A DNA stretch of 64,000 nucleotides from positions 12,051,728 through 12,115,727 of the forward strand of contig CAVNZM010000005.1 in assembly GCA_963693365.1 (NCBI GenBank). Reading direction: 5' to 3'. Source of the stretch: Amoebidium appalachense. Taxonomy: Eukaryota > Protista > Ichthyosporea. Under the pieces are notes generated by a model, which ran no database searches, was not told the DNA's origin, and saw only the letters and a program-made list of their open reading frames with translations. The position numbers were made by a program, and so were the translations under genes. Shown here in pieces: positions 1 to 29,000 of the stretch (within the stretch, counting starts at the first letter, position 1; each line of letters starts with the position of its first letter).

Positions 1-169
1 CACCCACCCATCCACCCACCCACCCCCACCCCCTCCCTACCGCCACCCCTTTTTAACCTCCTCTCCCCACAAAAAAGAGAATTTTCTCATCCTCCCCCCC
101 CCCCCCCCCCCCCTCCCGTCTCCTCCTATCCGCAGTTCGGAACCTTCCCTTCAAGATAACTACTACTAT

Positions 170-217
<48 letters not shown>

Positions 218-1135
218 TTCATAGGGCTTCCCATCTATAAAGCCTCCCCCTTCGAATCATCCCTTCAACCCCCCACTCCCGGACCGCGCCCCCCGACAAG
301 TTCGGAATTCAATACTCTCGGATAACTGGTTGGTCGAAAGTCTCTTACCTGTAGTGCCTATCTTTGGTCAGCCCACCCCCGGTGACCCCTCGGGCCCCAA
401 CCCACCACACCCCCGCCACCACACACTGTGACACACCCGACTACACAACCGGAGACAAAAGAAAGTAGAAAGAGTCTCCAATAAAAGAAAACACTGCGAA
501 TCCGAAACACACAAACACACAATCTCATAGTGTACCTTTGTATTTTAGCACACCGACCCTTTTACGGTAAGGTGAATTTGGGCTGTACAAATATACTAGA
601 ATGGACGGGTGATCCTCTCTTAAAGTATACCTTTATAAATCCAGATTCTCAATCGCCAATGGAACACCATTGATGACGGTTACTATCTTTATTTGGTTAT
701 CTAATACCTTATTTTGGAAATTGTAGACTACAATAACAACACATCTTTGTAATATCTTTAACGACAGCGACAGGGACTGCATACCGAGTTTGACCAGAAA
801 CCTGTTCACAAAACATGGAAAGGTACAGTTGAAAAGTGGTCGACGTTAATTGCAAATCGAAAAGAGTTGACAGTATAAAGGAGCTCCTCTTACATTCAAA
901 GAAATTTAAGGACTTTTGCTCGAACTATTAGATTCCTTTTTATGAGGTTACGCTCAATCCAACTGCATGTTTTGTGCTGGCAAAATCGAGACACCATAAC
1001 AAGTGGATTCACCGCCGTTATCCGACCGAGTTTCCCACTGGCAGGCTACTCCACTTGGGTTCATATCAAGTATACAATAACGTCACCCGTTCAAAGTGCG
1101 CACGCACTTTCATCTACCTCACCACCGACAGGAAA

Positions 1136-5034
<3,899 letters not shown>

Positions 5035-6293
5035 GCCCCAAGCTCATAGAAAGTGAGCAAGGGCTGTGAAAGGTTGGTGAAAATGTAATGTGGCGTGATA
5101 CATCTATGAGATAATGTTGCAGTGTGTAGAGGTGTGGATGTGGTCGCCATAGTTGAGGTAGTGTTTTTATTGCTTTTAGATGCTCAAAAGTGGACGTGGA
5201 TTAGGTCATAAATGCACCTATTATCAGGCCTAGATACACACACACACGCATGCGTGCGCGCGCGGCGACACACACACAAAAACGTACACGTACCCACACA
5301 TACATGCACGTACACAAGTACATACACAGACACACATACGCGCACACAAAGGTACACACAAAGAGGCACACATACACACACACACGCCTGTGCACACACA
5401 CGCACACACACACACACACATCACACATCTTCGCCTGTTTCTATTTAGCACATCCTCTTGCCACTTAGCTGTCTTGCTTTCGCACCCCCCCCCCCCCCCC
5501 CCCCCCCCCCACCCCCTCCCTCTCCCCACTGCCCACGGGGGCTCCACCCGAACACAAGAAATCAGGCAGAATGATGCTGTGTGGGTTTGTTTCCAGACTA
5601 AGTTTGCTTGTGGGTGAACCCCCTTTCCTTTCTCTCTCCCTCTCCCTCTCCCCACCCCCTCTTTCTAGGGGCCCGCACTCTTATGCACTCTCCCTCGCTT
5701 TCCCCTTGTTTGTTTACCGTGGGCGGGTGAACGTTTTGTTCTCTCTCTTTTTTAATTTGCTAAGTCACGGGGACAGGGGGAAGGGGGATGATAATGAGTG
5801 CACTGTTTCGTAATCTTGTGACACGAAGGACTTCTGTCATCAACAGTTTGAGCGGTGGGTGATCTCTACTGTGAAAATTCGCTTGGATAGTCAAATGGCG
5901 TGATTTAGGGCAACTCTGCAGTTACTGTATGGTATGATTAAACAATATAATTGGATAGACGTTAACTGAGAAGGCAAATAGATAACCGAGCGTAATTCAA
6001 AGTCTGCGGGCCATCTTTGGTGTGCCAAGAATAAAAAATCATGAGAGGAGGTGGTTGTCGGTGACTTGCTGCCTGTGTGCCCCGGGTGTGAACACACGGC
6101 TCTTGCTATTCGAAAGTACCGTTTGTGAACACGTGTTTCTGACAGTGTGATCGACGTGCGTCCGCACACGCATGCGCGTGTGTGTGTGTGCCGGTGTGTG
6201 TGTGTGTGTGTCATCATGTATCTGTGCTTTATTTAATGGTGTTTGGAATAGAGATATCCATAGGGAAATGGAGAGGTAGCCGCTGTATGTGTG

Positions 6294-6365
<72 letters not shown>

Positions 6366-6415
6366 GGATAAGGGGGGGGGGGGGGGGGGGGGGGGGGCAA
6401 GGAGAGGGTGGTGAT

Positions 6416-7356
<941 letters not shown>

Positions 7357-7565
7357 GTGGTGATGCTACCGGGGTTTACGCTGTTTACTCGAGGCAAAGA
7401 GAACCAGTCTCAGGTATGGGGGGGGGGGTTTTGCTCGGAATATCCCCTCAGCGGTATATCATGATCACGTACATAGATGTCGGGTGGTGACTATATATCA
7501 GGGTTTACTTTCTCTACGAGACACCATAAAGACTACAAGGAGAAATCAATTAGTTGGGGTTCCCC

Positions 7566-7566
<1 letters not shown>

Positions 7567-7605
<39 letters not shown>

Positions 7606-7637
7606 GGCTCCCCTCGGGACACTCGGTATCAGCTGGT

Positions 7638-7691
<54 letters not shown>

Positions 7692-9972
7692 TGCGCTATA
7701 ATTTTGTAGTGATGTGTTTCTCAAGCCAATCAATACATCTAATAAACAGGTCGTAGTTACGCGTGTTTAGTATAAAATCAAGGATGTTGTAATTTACAGG
7801 TAGGCTATCTTTCTGGGTGTCTGTTGTGAATGTGACGTGTGTGTGTTGCGGTATTATGTGGTCTATCAAACTACATTTGGCGATACATGACCGGTTAAAC
7901 TGGTGTGTGTGTGTGTTGTTTGGGCATGCAAATGATGCCACCTTATACTTATTAGATCTCCACTGTATAGCACGTGTACAGTAAAAGCGTGGTAATTGAT
8001 CAATAATACCATCAGCTAGAGAAAGACCAGTTCTACAGGAAGGTAATATGTATTTAGGTGTTATACACTTGCGAGTGCCATATTTGGCAATATGGTTGAG
8101 GCGGTCAGTATATATAAAACGAGACATAAGGCTTAGTTTTTCAAGGTGTATGCTTTCATCGGGTCTAGTGTCGTGTGGTATCTTTTTCCATTTGTTATAT
8201 TGCGTGATTATCTTGTGATTGTGTACATGTTTAATAAGTAAGTGGCAGTCCAAAGTCACACACACACTATTGCGGGGTTTATTTGTATTTGTGCCCAGGG
8301 GAGAAGGGGAGAGAGAGGGGAGGAAAGAGGGGAGAGGTGAGGAGGGGACAGGTCGGATAGAGAAGAGAGGGTGGGAGGGCAAATACTTCTTTAAGCGGCT
8401 TATGTGCTTATTGAATTTCAGCGCGAGATAGGATACTCTAGCAGCTATTGGGACCAGACCATATATCGAGAGCGTTACAGGCCCAGGTTTACAACAGTTG
8501 TTAGATAGAAAGGAGGCAACTTCTGCTTCAAGGAAATTTGCCAAGGGTTTAAGCGCTCTAGTTCTCTCTTTCTTGATCCAAGCGGCGAGAAGGGGTAAAC
8601 CATATTCACATGCCGGGAAGACAAAAGTGCGAATAAATGTAAGTCTAATAGAAGGATGGAGGGGTGTGTCTTTAAAAATATTAGCCGAGAAGAAAGCTAA
8701 CCGCTTACGAGCCAACTCTACCCTCTTTTCGACCATATGGGGAAACATAACACCAACAGAATCAACCGGAACACCAAGATATTTGTATTCTGGAACTATA
8801 GGTACAGGTTTAGATGATAATGTAAATGTGTGTAAATTGTTAGCTATATCAGGTACAAGAACACCACATTTGTCTATGTTAAGGATCATAAGGTTTGCCT
8901 TGCACCACTCTGACACTACATCGAACAATCTTTGCAGGCGTCTAGGGGTACGGGCAAGGAGGGACAGATCATCAGCATAGAGAAGTGCAGGCGGAAAGTT
9001 ATTAATAGGGTCATCGTTTTCGGCGTAAATCTTGACAGCCAAATCATCTATAAATAGGTTAAACAAAAAGGGGCTAAGCAATGAACCCTGCAAGAGACCT
9101 CTAGTACGAGCAAAACCATATGAAAGATGCCCATTAACCACAGCTCTACCATAGGTTTGAGACAAGAGTGCTTCTAACAGAACACCAATGCAGTGTGGTA
9201 CACCCCGTGCAGCAAGCTTTTCCCATAGGAGACCAGGGGAGACAGAATCGTAAGCAGTTTTCCAATCAATAAAGCCAACATATTGTGCACCAACTTGCAT
9301 AGAATCGTGCAGTGCCATTATTTGAACATAACATGAATTGTTTTTACGAAAAGCGGATTGGCATGGGTGTATGTGAAGAATAGATTGAAACCTAGGGTGA
9401 TGTGCAAATAACCTAAGTAAGCAAGCTTCAAAGAATCTACGAACAACCTGGGTTAGTGTAATGGGGCGAAAGGATGATATGGGGCCCTCAGAGTCCTTCT
9501 TAACTATGGGGATCACTAAGGTATCTAACCAAGATGACGGGACATGTCCACATTTAACACACCAAGAAAAGAGAGAGCTTAACATGATAGTAAGATCAGG
9601 TTTAATAGCACGATCACTTTCCTTTTGTGGGTAGGAGGGAACAAGGATTTTAAGAAACCCAGCAGGGAGTCCATCAGGTCCACAAGACTTACTAGAGCTA
9701 TAACTAGATATCACAGACCATATGGCATCGGGACTGAAAAAGGGGAGGATCGATTCTATGGGGATAGATGGGTCTACAGGCCACACAATAGGTTTCTGAG
9801 CGGGGGTCCTATCTTTAAACAGTTCCGAGAAATACTTATCAGAGTCTATGAGGGGGTCTCCAGTGGTATCACCAATAATACGGGCAATGCGGGGTGTTAC
9901 TAAAAATAGAAAACTAAAAATAGAGTTTTTCAGACAGACGTGGGCAGTGACGTCATCGGTTCCTAGGCGCAA
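7567..9972 (-). mobile_element. Non-LTR (LINE-like) retrotransposon, apparently 5'-truncated, poly(A)-tailed
   Basis: Long RT ORF, then a ~95-nt 3'UTR containing (CA)n, then A35 on the minus strand (T-run 7567-7601). No TSD or endonuclease found. The 5' boundary is uncertain. Confidence 0.8.
7696..9972 (-). CDS. Non-LTR-type reverse transcriptase ORF (758 codons, starting at TTG)
   Basis: Motifs KSCGPDG, VIPIVKK...FRPITL, QSAFR, FIDWKTAYDSV, GLLQGSLLSPFLFNLFIDDL, LLYADDL, YKYLGV, and a C-terminal Cys cluster CPNN..FNRSCIAKC. The frame is uninterrupted. Confidence 0.92.
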   Translation of the reverse strand: MRLGTDDVTAHVCLKNSIFSFLFLVTPRIARIIGDTTGDPLIDSDKYFSELFKDRTPAQKPIVWPVDPSIPIESILPFFSPDAIWSVISSYSSSKSCGPDGLPAGFLKILVPSYPQKESDRAIKPDLTIMLSSLFSWCVKCGHVPSSWLDTLVIPIVKKDSEGPISSFRPITLTQVVRRFFEACLLRLFAHHPRFQSILHIHPCQSAFRKNNSCYVQIMALHDSMQVGAQYVGFIDWKTAYDSVSPGLLWEKLAARGVPHCIGVLLEALLSQTYGRAVVNGHLSYGFARTRGLLQGSLLSPFLFNLFIDDLAVKIYAENDDPINNFPPALLYADDLSLLARTPRRLQRLFDVVSEWCKANLMILNIDKCGVLVPDIANNLHTFTLSSKPVPIVPEYKYLGVPVDSVGVMFPHMVEKRVELARKRLAFFSANIFKDTPLHPSIRLTFIRTFVFPACEYGLPLLAAWIKKERTRALKPLANFLEAEVASFLSNNCCKPGPVTLSIYGLVPIAARVSYLALKFNKHISRLKKYLPSHPLFSIRPVPSSPLPSFLPSLSPSPLGTNTNKPRNSVCVTLDCHLLIKHVHNHKIITQYNKWKKIPHDTRPDESIHLEKLSLMSRFIYTDRLNHIAKYGTRKCITPKYILPSCRTGLSLADGIIDQLPRFYCTRAIQWRSNKYKVASFACPNNTHTHQFNRSCIAKCSLIDHIIPQHTHVTFTTDTQKDSLPVNYNILDFILNTRNYDLFIRCIDWLEKHITTKL

Positions 9973-11876
9973 TCATTGCACTGGTCATGGTGAGTCGGGA
10001 AGGGTGGAAGAGCTGCTCGAGAGGGGCGAGTCCTTGGGAAAAAGGGGGAGTTAATTGTAGGTTAGTTATAAAACACAGAGCAGCTATAGCTAAGGTGGTC
10101 ACTGAGCGGCAACAAATACATCTGTGTGAGGCACAGGTGCTCTGCTTACTAAATGGTCGTTAGTTTATTCCCAGAGCTCAAGAAAACAAGTACGTGCTTG
10201 GTCTGCAGCGAAAAAAAAACAAATAAGAAAACCCGCAACAGTGAATTGCAAAGCCGTTGAAGTTCTTTAAGACAGCCAGCTTAGCCCATGTTCCAGTTTC
10301 CAGTTCAGAAAATCCAGAAGCCATCGCAATACCCATCTGACAAGCAGCCCTTTGTGCTTGGGACTGCATGTTCCAGCCAGAATCCAGAAAATCGAGCCAG
10401 CTTGTACCTTCTCCGTGAAGCCATCCAGGTGAGAAATGCCACTAACATGGGTGATGGAAACTTTAGTGCCGGTGTTCAGTTTGGGAGCCAGAAGCACTCG
10501 TCGTGGGGCTGATGGATGGGTGCTTGGGCTGCCGCTTGGTGCCTAACAGTTCCTTGTATTGTGTCCAGACACCAGACCCACACACGCACGTAAGAGTGTG
10601 TGTGTGCCTGATGCATTCCTGGTGCGAGTATGTGTGCACGCGTGTGCGGGTTGCTGGCTTGGTGCATACAACCTTTCTGTTTTTGTGTAATGTGATTGCA
10701 TAAGATAGTTGGCGGTGGAGGTTTGTAATGTGGTTGCATAAGATAGTTGGAGGTGGAGGGGGGGCGGGGTGGGTTTTGGGGGGGGGGGGGGGGGGGGGGG
10801 GGGAAGAATCCACCGAACAATTCCGGTTGCTCTGTGTTTCCTTATGAGCGAGTAAGCTAGCTTACAAGGGCTCGTGGGAATGCTAAAAGAGAGGACCATC
10901 TGTTTGAAAAACACCGTATAAGGCTGCCGGCAACTATCTTTATGTGCCCTTTTGTGAGTTTTCTTTTTTCCCCGTTCTTCCGAAGCTGTTAAGCAGCAGC
11001 ACGGTGCCCCAGCGGTCCCGTTCCAGCGATTCCAGGCAGCATGGTCAACACGATATGTGTTCTAACCTTTACGGAGCCAGCATGCTTTAGTCAAGATGCC
11101 AAGCTTACTGAGGCCAGCCTCATGTTTTGTGTGGTTCACTGGACCTCCACGTTACAGTTATGCTGACAGGTGTCTGTTGTGTAGGAAGAACCGTTGGGAT
11201 AAGGACGTTGAACAAAGCAGTTATAAATGTTGGACATCCGAGAATTTGTTTCAGGATGAGAAGTGTTTTGTTGCATGGAGGTCTGAATAACAAGAACGTT
11301 ATGGAGATGGAATGAAGGGAGGCCACAAAACATAAGGGCCAGTGAAAGATCGACAGCACAGACCAGGCTGCCTTGGCTTCATCTCACAGCCAGTTTCCGT
11401 GCTCTAAACTGTGTCATCCGGTCCCAGTGTTGCCACTTACTATAAGATGTTTTTTTTATTTTATTCTGTGCAGTTAGGGGACAGCACGGATTGCGAGGTA
11501 AATAGATAAATGGGAGGAGGATGGCTGAGAGGCACCAAATTAGGAGGCAACTAGCAGGGATGGGATGGGTGGTTGGGGTGGTTGGGGGGCTTGTTCTGAA
11601 GGGTAGGAGAAGAAGGCGGTGGAGGGGGCTTGGATCGGGAACGGTTGGGCAAGAGCTAGAAGGGGTGGGGGGTGGGGGGATAGGGTGGTGAAGAGCGACA
11701 GAGATTCCAATCACACACTGAAAGTTCAGACCAGGTCACCGGCTAGTCTAACTGCCAAACCCACAGTTTCCCCCTTCGTTCCAGAGTGCCTTTGCATCTG
11801 TTCATTCTCCCAGTTGACGCCATTTCCAGTTTCCCCCTGTCCATGCAACCACCCACGTGGTGTGTCCCCATGCACC

Positions 11877-22802
<10,926 letters not shown>

Positions 22803-23217
22803 TGTTTGGGGTTTTGATTTTGGGGCTTTTGGGTGGTTTGGATTTCATGGTAGGCTGTGGTTTGTGATGGGTAATAGAGTGGTGGTGGTGATTCAGATTT
22901 TTTTTTTTCCCTTTATTTTTTCCTTTCTTTCTTTTTTTTTTTTTTTTTTGCGTGATCTGGTATTTGTCCAAGTAATAGTAGATACGATGTTCGAATCCGG
23001 TGTTATTATTAAATGCAGTCTTCAGATAGTCCAGAACATCATGTCGTACCACTGGTGAATATTATGCTAATAATATAAGGTAGAATGAAGAGTGGAATAC
23101 TATGCTCAGACGTAGAAAACGATGCATTTAATCCCCATTCTGTTAAATTTCTGTGTGATGGCTGGTGTGTATCAGGTGTGTGTGTGTGTGTGTGTCACAG
23201 TGTGTGTGTGTGTATGT

Positions 23218-23287
<70 letters not shown>

Positions 23288-23345
23288 CAGTGTGTGTGTG
23301 TGTGTGTTTTTGTATGTGTGAGTGTCACACAGTGTGTGTGTGTCA

Positions 23346-23414
<69 letters not shown>

Positions 23415-23651
23415 CGCGCGCGCGTGTGTGTGTGTGTGTACACGGTATGTGTGTGTGTTTGGTGGTGGCGGCGGTGGTGGTGTGTGTGGGAGGGAGGGGG
23501 GGGGGGGGGGGCTGATAAAACAGTTCTGCAAATTGCCTTTCAACTTGCGGCTCTTTCAAGCTTTGATAAGTGACTTCATGATTCAGAAACGTGTGTGTGT
23601 GTGTGGTACGTGTGCGTGTGTGTGTGTGTGTATGTGTATGTGTGTGTGTGT

Positions 23652-23696
<45 letters not shown>

Positions 23697-24099
23697 ACAT
23701 ACATGTGATCATGACGTGACCTTGTGTTTGTGTGGAACGGTTCGTGAAAATATAATAATTATGCTTCATTCGGTGGGGTAGGGACTCGGTGGTGGGTGGG
23801 TGGGTGGGTGGATGTGTTAGTGTGTGTGTGTGTGTGTGTGCGTATTTGGGGGGGAGCTGGGAGAGGGACGGGTTGGTTGGTTAGCGATTCGCTGGGCAGG
23901 TCATAGTAGTAGCCTAGACATGAGAATGCGATCAGTGACACATTACCTGGCCAGGCCCGAGATCTCTGCAGTTGTTTACACACGCTCCAGGAGTATCATA
24001 CGGTACTGTACATGTGGTCATGTACATACATGGGTGGCCGGAGCACAGGTAGGCCCGGGCGATGGTGGTGGTGGTGCATCTGATGTGTACATGTATGTG

Positions 24100-24198
<99 letters not shown>

Positions 24199-24213
24199 GT
24201 ATGTATGTGTTTG

Positions 24214-24271
<58 letters not shown>

Positions 24272-24273
24272 TT

Positions 24274-24305
<32 letters not shown>

Positions 24306-24306
24306 G

Positions 24307-24366
<60 letters not shown>

Positions 24367-24371
24367 CTCGG

Positions 24372-24406
<35 letters not shown>

Positions 24407-24551
24407 GGGGAGGGAGGGAGGGGGTGGAGTCGACCGGGGTGGCCGCTGTTCGCGAAGCCGGGCGGCCCGATTGATCCATGCGGCCCGGACATTCGAAGTA
24501 GGTACTGTATGTACATACATGATCCAAAACGAGATCTGCTGTCAACGTCAG

Positions 24552-24647
24552 CCAATCCAGTCAAATAGAAAATCAAAAAAAACACCAATCAGCAATCTCT
24601 GGATAGATAAACCAATCAAATGTGGCTCTTTAATTTAAGTGACGTCA
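24552..24647. promoter_or_regulatory. Cluster of three CCAAT boxes plus a TGACGTCA (CRE-like) palindrome
   Basis: CCAATC at 24552, 24585 and 24612; TGACGTCA at 24640-24647; lies in an intergenic, non-repetitive stretch. Confidence 0.3.
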
Positions 24648-26710
24648 TAAATCGGCACGGTTGCAGTTCAGCTAAGCAACAGCGGCAACTCGCTGAAGGT
24701 GCATTATCACTACTATGCAGGTATATATAATATGTCTCAAATTTGTGACAAAATGTCTAACTATGATCACTAATATTAGCCACCGTGTCACTGTCACATT
24801 GACAACAGCACCTCGAGTTGGGTTGCCTGATCATGCCGGCCGGTGTGGCGGCTGCTACCTTTGCTGTGTGTGTCTCGGGCGTGCTCAGCAAGCTGACGTT
24901 GACGCGGCAAGAGAACTGCGTGACTTTGTGTTAAGACACGTACACTTACAAATTATAACTCCCATTGACACGTCACATCACCAAGGATAGTATTGGGTGT
25001 ATCAATTGCTGCAGCTGCATGCCGACTGCCTAATATTCGAAAATGCCGGAGACCTGGAACGTAAAAACACATACACTGCAACGGAATATTCATTATGCAT
25101 AAGCACTCATCAGCTGGGCGTGGGTCTAGCAGAGCCGAGCTACGGGGCCCCGCACGCATAGTACAGTGCGTATAAATGTGTACGTGTCACATACACATCT
25201 GCACGTGCACTGCGAAATATGCAGTCGTCATGTTGTCTGGGGACTCGAAACTAAAGTGACAGCATGCTGCATTCGATTTACACCCCTGCCAAAAAATGGG
25301 ACATAGATGTCCCACACAGACACAGACATAAACAACATGGTACAGGATCCTAGTACAGGATCCTAGACGCGCTATGATTGTGTCGATTTTGTGCTCACTC
25401 ATGCCACACATTCTTCAGACGTTGTGGCATGTCACATACACACGAGGGAGGCACGTGCAGCCGAGTGCTACGCTGATGAGCAGTGAAATGCAGCACCAGC
25501 AAACAGACAAACACATGCTGCCAGTGCACAACACCCACGATCTAACCACGTGCATGACAATAACAGCCCGGGCGCCCTGGCACGCAGAGTCACGTGCCTG
25601 CAAAAGCACGAACTCTTATCACTCCTACGGTAACTGCTACTGGAGTATCTAATGAATCTGTTGGCTACTCTGTAACAGTTGTGCGAGCATGTACAAGTGA
25701 GGCTGAGATATTCAAATATTTGCCAACCTGTGTTTTTGCCGAGCCTCCCTGCCGGTCTTCTCGGGAATAACATAGCGGCTAGGCCCGCGTAAGCAGCAAG
25801 AGTTTTAGTTACGTTACGTGTTGAGGTTGTGGTGCTCAGCACTGGGCCCTTTTCTTTTTTAAAATGACAGTTGTGTGAGGTTTGACAGCCCCAGCAGATG
25901 TAAAAAAATGGACAAAATGATGAGAGTAGAGAAAGTTTAACACGTGTGCTGTCAAATTCCGATCACCTGACCTTCGTCATTTGCGATTGCTCTTTCACAA
26001 TTCTGCCGGGTACAAAAAGCCATGAAGGGGCATTATGCGGCCTCATTTGAACTGTCGTGGTAAACTGTCATTCTACACCGTTTGTGAAACTTCACTACTG
26101 CATGCGCCCTCATTTGGTGTGTTTCATAGGGCAAATCCATTGAATGGTGGAGGTAGGCTACGCCTTGAAGCGAAAATTATCGCCCAAATTGTGGCCTGCT
26201 ACATTGACTTTCGCTTTTCCATTAAACACAGCCTAGCTCCAATCAACTTATTCTCAGACACAGATCTTCGAGTTTTTTTGACACGGCTATGTTACATATT
26301 TGGAGCATGTGCATGATATTTTTCTTTGCTGGTTTTTGTCGTCGAATTCTGCAACACGATAACGGTACCGTGAGTGCCCATGACTCCGACACAGTTAAAC
26401 ATATTTAAACAGTCACGGTGTGGACTACATTCCAGAGTGACATTTTCTTCCTACTCCTTTTTCCAGCTCTCTCCCCGTTTCTTTCTGTCCATTCCCCCTT
26501 TTTATCTCCTTTCTTTTTCCCGATTGCGCTTTTTGGGTGTGTGCATGTGTGTGGCATCGAGGATACACACGTGCAACCGTGCCTTGTTTCTCGGACTATA
26601 TTCGATTCTCACAGGCCTGAAAACTACAAACCTCGCACCCTTTTCTTTTGAACATATTGATTTCACGAGTGACCGCGTGGAGTGTGAACCCACCCAACCT
26701 ATCTTCCACT

Positions 26711-28274
26711 ATGATGGCAACACTGAGAGAAGACACGATTGACTCGAGTCACCTTGGCACCCACTCCCAGCACCCAGAAGACAGCCCAGGCCATGCGCAG
26801 GCGTTTGTGTGCCGATACCCCGAGTGCACGTTCCAGAGACTCAGCAGAAGGCACAACTGTGAAAGGTGCGCGTTAAACACACAAACATCCCCCCCCCCCC
26901 CAAAAAAAAAAATAAAATTAAAAATTAAAAATTAAAACATAGTGTCACACGCTGTTTCATCTCTACCGCGCTTCCCCCCCCCCCCCCCCCTCCCCCCCCC
27001 CCCCCCCCCCCCCCCCCAACACACACACCCCCCCAAAGACACACACACGTGGCACGGCCTCTTGCCTTCTGCTCTCCCTCCACCTCCTCCCTCCATAGGT
27101 CTTCCGGTCCCCTTCCTCCCTAGCAAAAAATGACAGTGACACAATCTAAGATTTTGAAAGAATGAAAATTCTTCCTCCCCTGCCTCATTCCTCCTTCCCC
27201 TCCTCCTCAAGGTTTCCCTTTCTTCCTTCTTTTATTCTTAGTTTGGTTTTCCTTTGTTTGTGCTTTTTCTTCTTCTCCTTCTTTTCTGGGTGAGTGTGTG
27301 CGTGCGGGTGTGTGTGTGTGCATGTATATGTGCGTGCGTCACTAGTATAAGTTGCTAAATATATTGTGCTCATTCCCGGGCGTCTCGTTTGGAGGGTGGA
27401 GCTGGATGGTGCATGTAGGGTGACGTCATATTACTTTCATAAACGGCTTTGGTGTACCACACTCACGATGGTATGATACTAAGCCCAAGTCCATCGTGTT
27501 TTAACCCGTCTTTACCCCCACAGGCACGTGTGGCTTCACCACGTCAGGAAGCAATACGGCAGGCAAGATGAACCCTACAGCGCAAACATTCATCGTGGAT
27601 TTGTGGAAATTTACGTCCGGCCCGCACAGACACCATACGAATGGCACAGTGCTGAGAGCACCCCACCCACCACCCCCACCACCTGCCGGGCAAAACAAAA
27701 CCCCGACGCCAGTCACACCCACAGTCCCCTCTTTTCGGTTCGGGTCAACTATTCGGGTCAGAATCCATATCATGCAACATCCCCAGAGACAACAACGATT
27801 CCTGCGGTTCCCGCTGTAACAGTTGGACAATACGCCATGCATGAGGTTCCAACACAACCCCCGACATTCCGCACCCACAGATCAACCAATCAAGAACCGG
27901 CGGTTGCGCAGGCGCGGTTTACAGAACCAATCACATGCCGCCATTGTTCCTCCCAAGTACTCCTGAGCCAGAAGGACTATGGCCCGCCCCTTGGTATTTG
28001 TTGTAATTGCGGTGCTGGTTTCGAATTTCTTCCACCGGCCAATGAAAGTTCGCGGGTGCATGAAAGTGCATACCACACCGCCCAATCATATCACCCCCAC
28101 CCTGCTGAAATGCATTCCACGACCGTTGAATACCGGGGCCCATGTATACAAACGGAGGATACGACGTTTTCCCCGCAGTCGGAGGCACCAACGCCCCCCA
28201 TGACAAGGAGCCAATCAGCAGGGGAGGATTGCGGAGGAGGGCAGAATACTGGGTGTGTGTGGCGCCCATGGTGA
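26711..28274 (+). CDS. Orphan zinc-finger protein (C2H2-like finger split by an intron, plus a CxxC...CxxC ribbon). Exons 26711-26865, 27524-28274; 3' end may splice further
   Basis: The spliced join gives FVCRYPECTFQRLSRRHNCERHVWLHH. Exon 2 is open for 250 codons with CRHC...ICCNC. Phase-2 GT-AG intron. Confidence 0.7.
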
Positions 28275-28895
28275 TAGATCAGAGCGACTTTTCTTTTCAT
28301 CGTTTCTTTTTTTTTTGCCCTCAAAAATGTAGCACCATATCAAACCATCTTTACTACTACACAAATCCATATTAGCGCACATCTGTTCTCCAACTAGGAT
28401 TTATGTTGTTGTTCTATTAAAGTATGTTTGTTCTCGGTAACACTTACTGAGCCAAGGGATTTATTCACCAACACCCCACCATATTAAGCAACCTTCTAGA
28501 GTATATGTATCTATTTGTGCTTTGTAGGTTCGAGCATTTGCTGGTCAAATGGCTGAAGTAGTCTTACATTTACATCTCTCATACAGTATAGGCCAACCAC
28601 AGGCCACAACAGGCTTTTCAGGAATCAAAAGGCCTGTTTGTTATATAGTCAAAGTTCCTCAGGCAAAGCCCCCCAAAGCCCCCCCCCCCCCCCCCCCCGT
28701 CCCGGCCCCCTTTCTCCCTTCTGTATTCACTTCTTACCCCCCCCCCCCCCCCCCCCCAAACCACCCCCCGGCACCCCCCCCTCCCTCCCTCCCTTGCTCC
28801 CCTAGACCCCACTTCGGCCTAGCCGTCCCCATGCGCACGGGGCTGGGATGACGGGGGCTCCAAACAGCAAAAAAAAACCCTTACAAGATTATAAT

Positions 28896-28950
<55 letters not shown>

Positions 28951-28965
28951 GCACACACAAACACA

Positions 28966-29000
<35 letters not shown>

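Noticed and set aside
10688-10758. Short local tandem duplications (also ~30147-30290, ~32112-32185, ~39368-39458)
   Set aside because: These are two-copy slippage-type duplications beside simple repeats, with no further structure.
10178-11359. Short non-repetitive ORFs upstream of the RT as a possible ORF1 or endonuclease
   Set aside because: There are no APE, zinc-knuckle or RRM motifs, and stops are frequent on the element strand.
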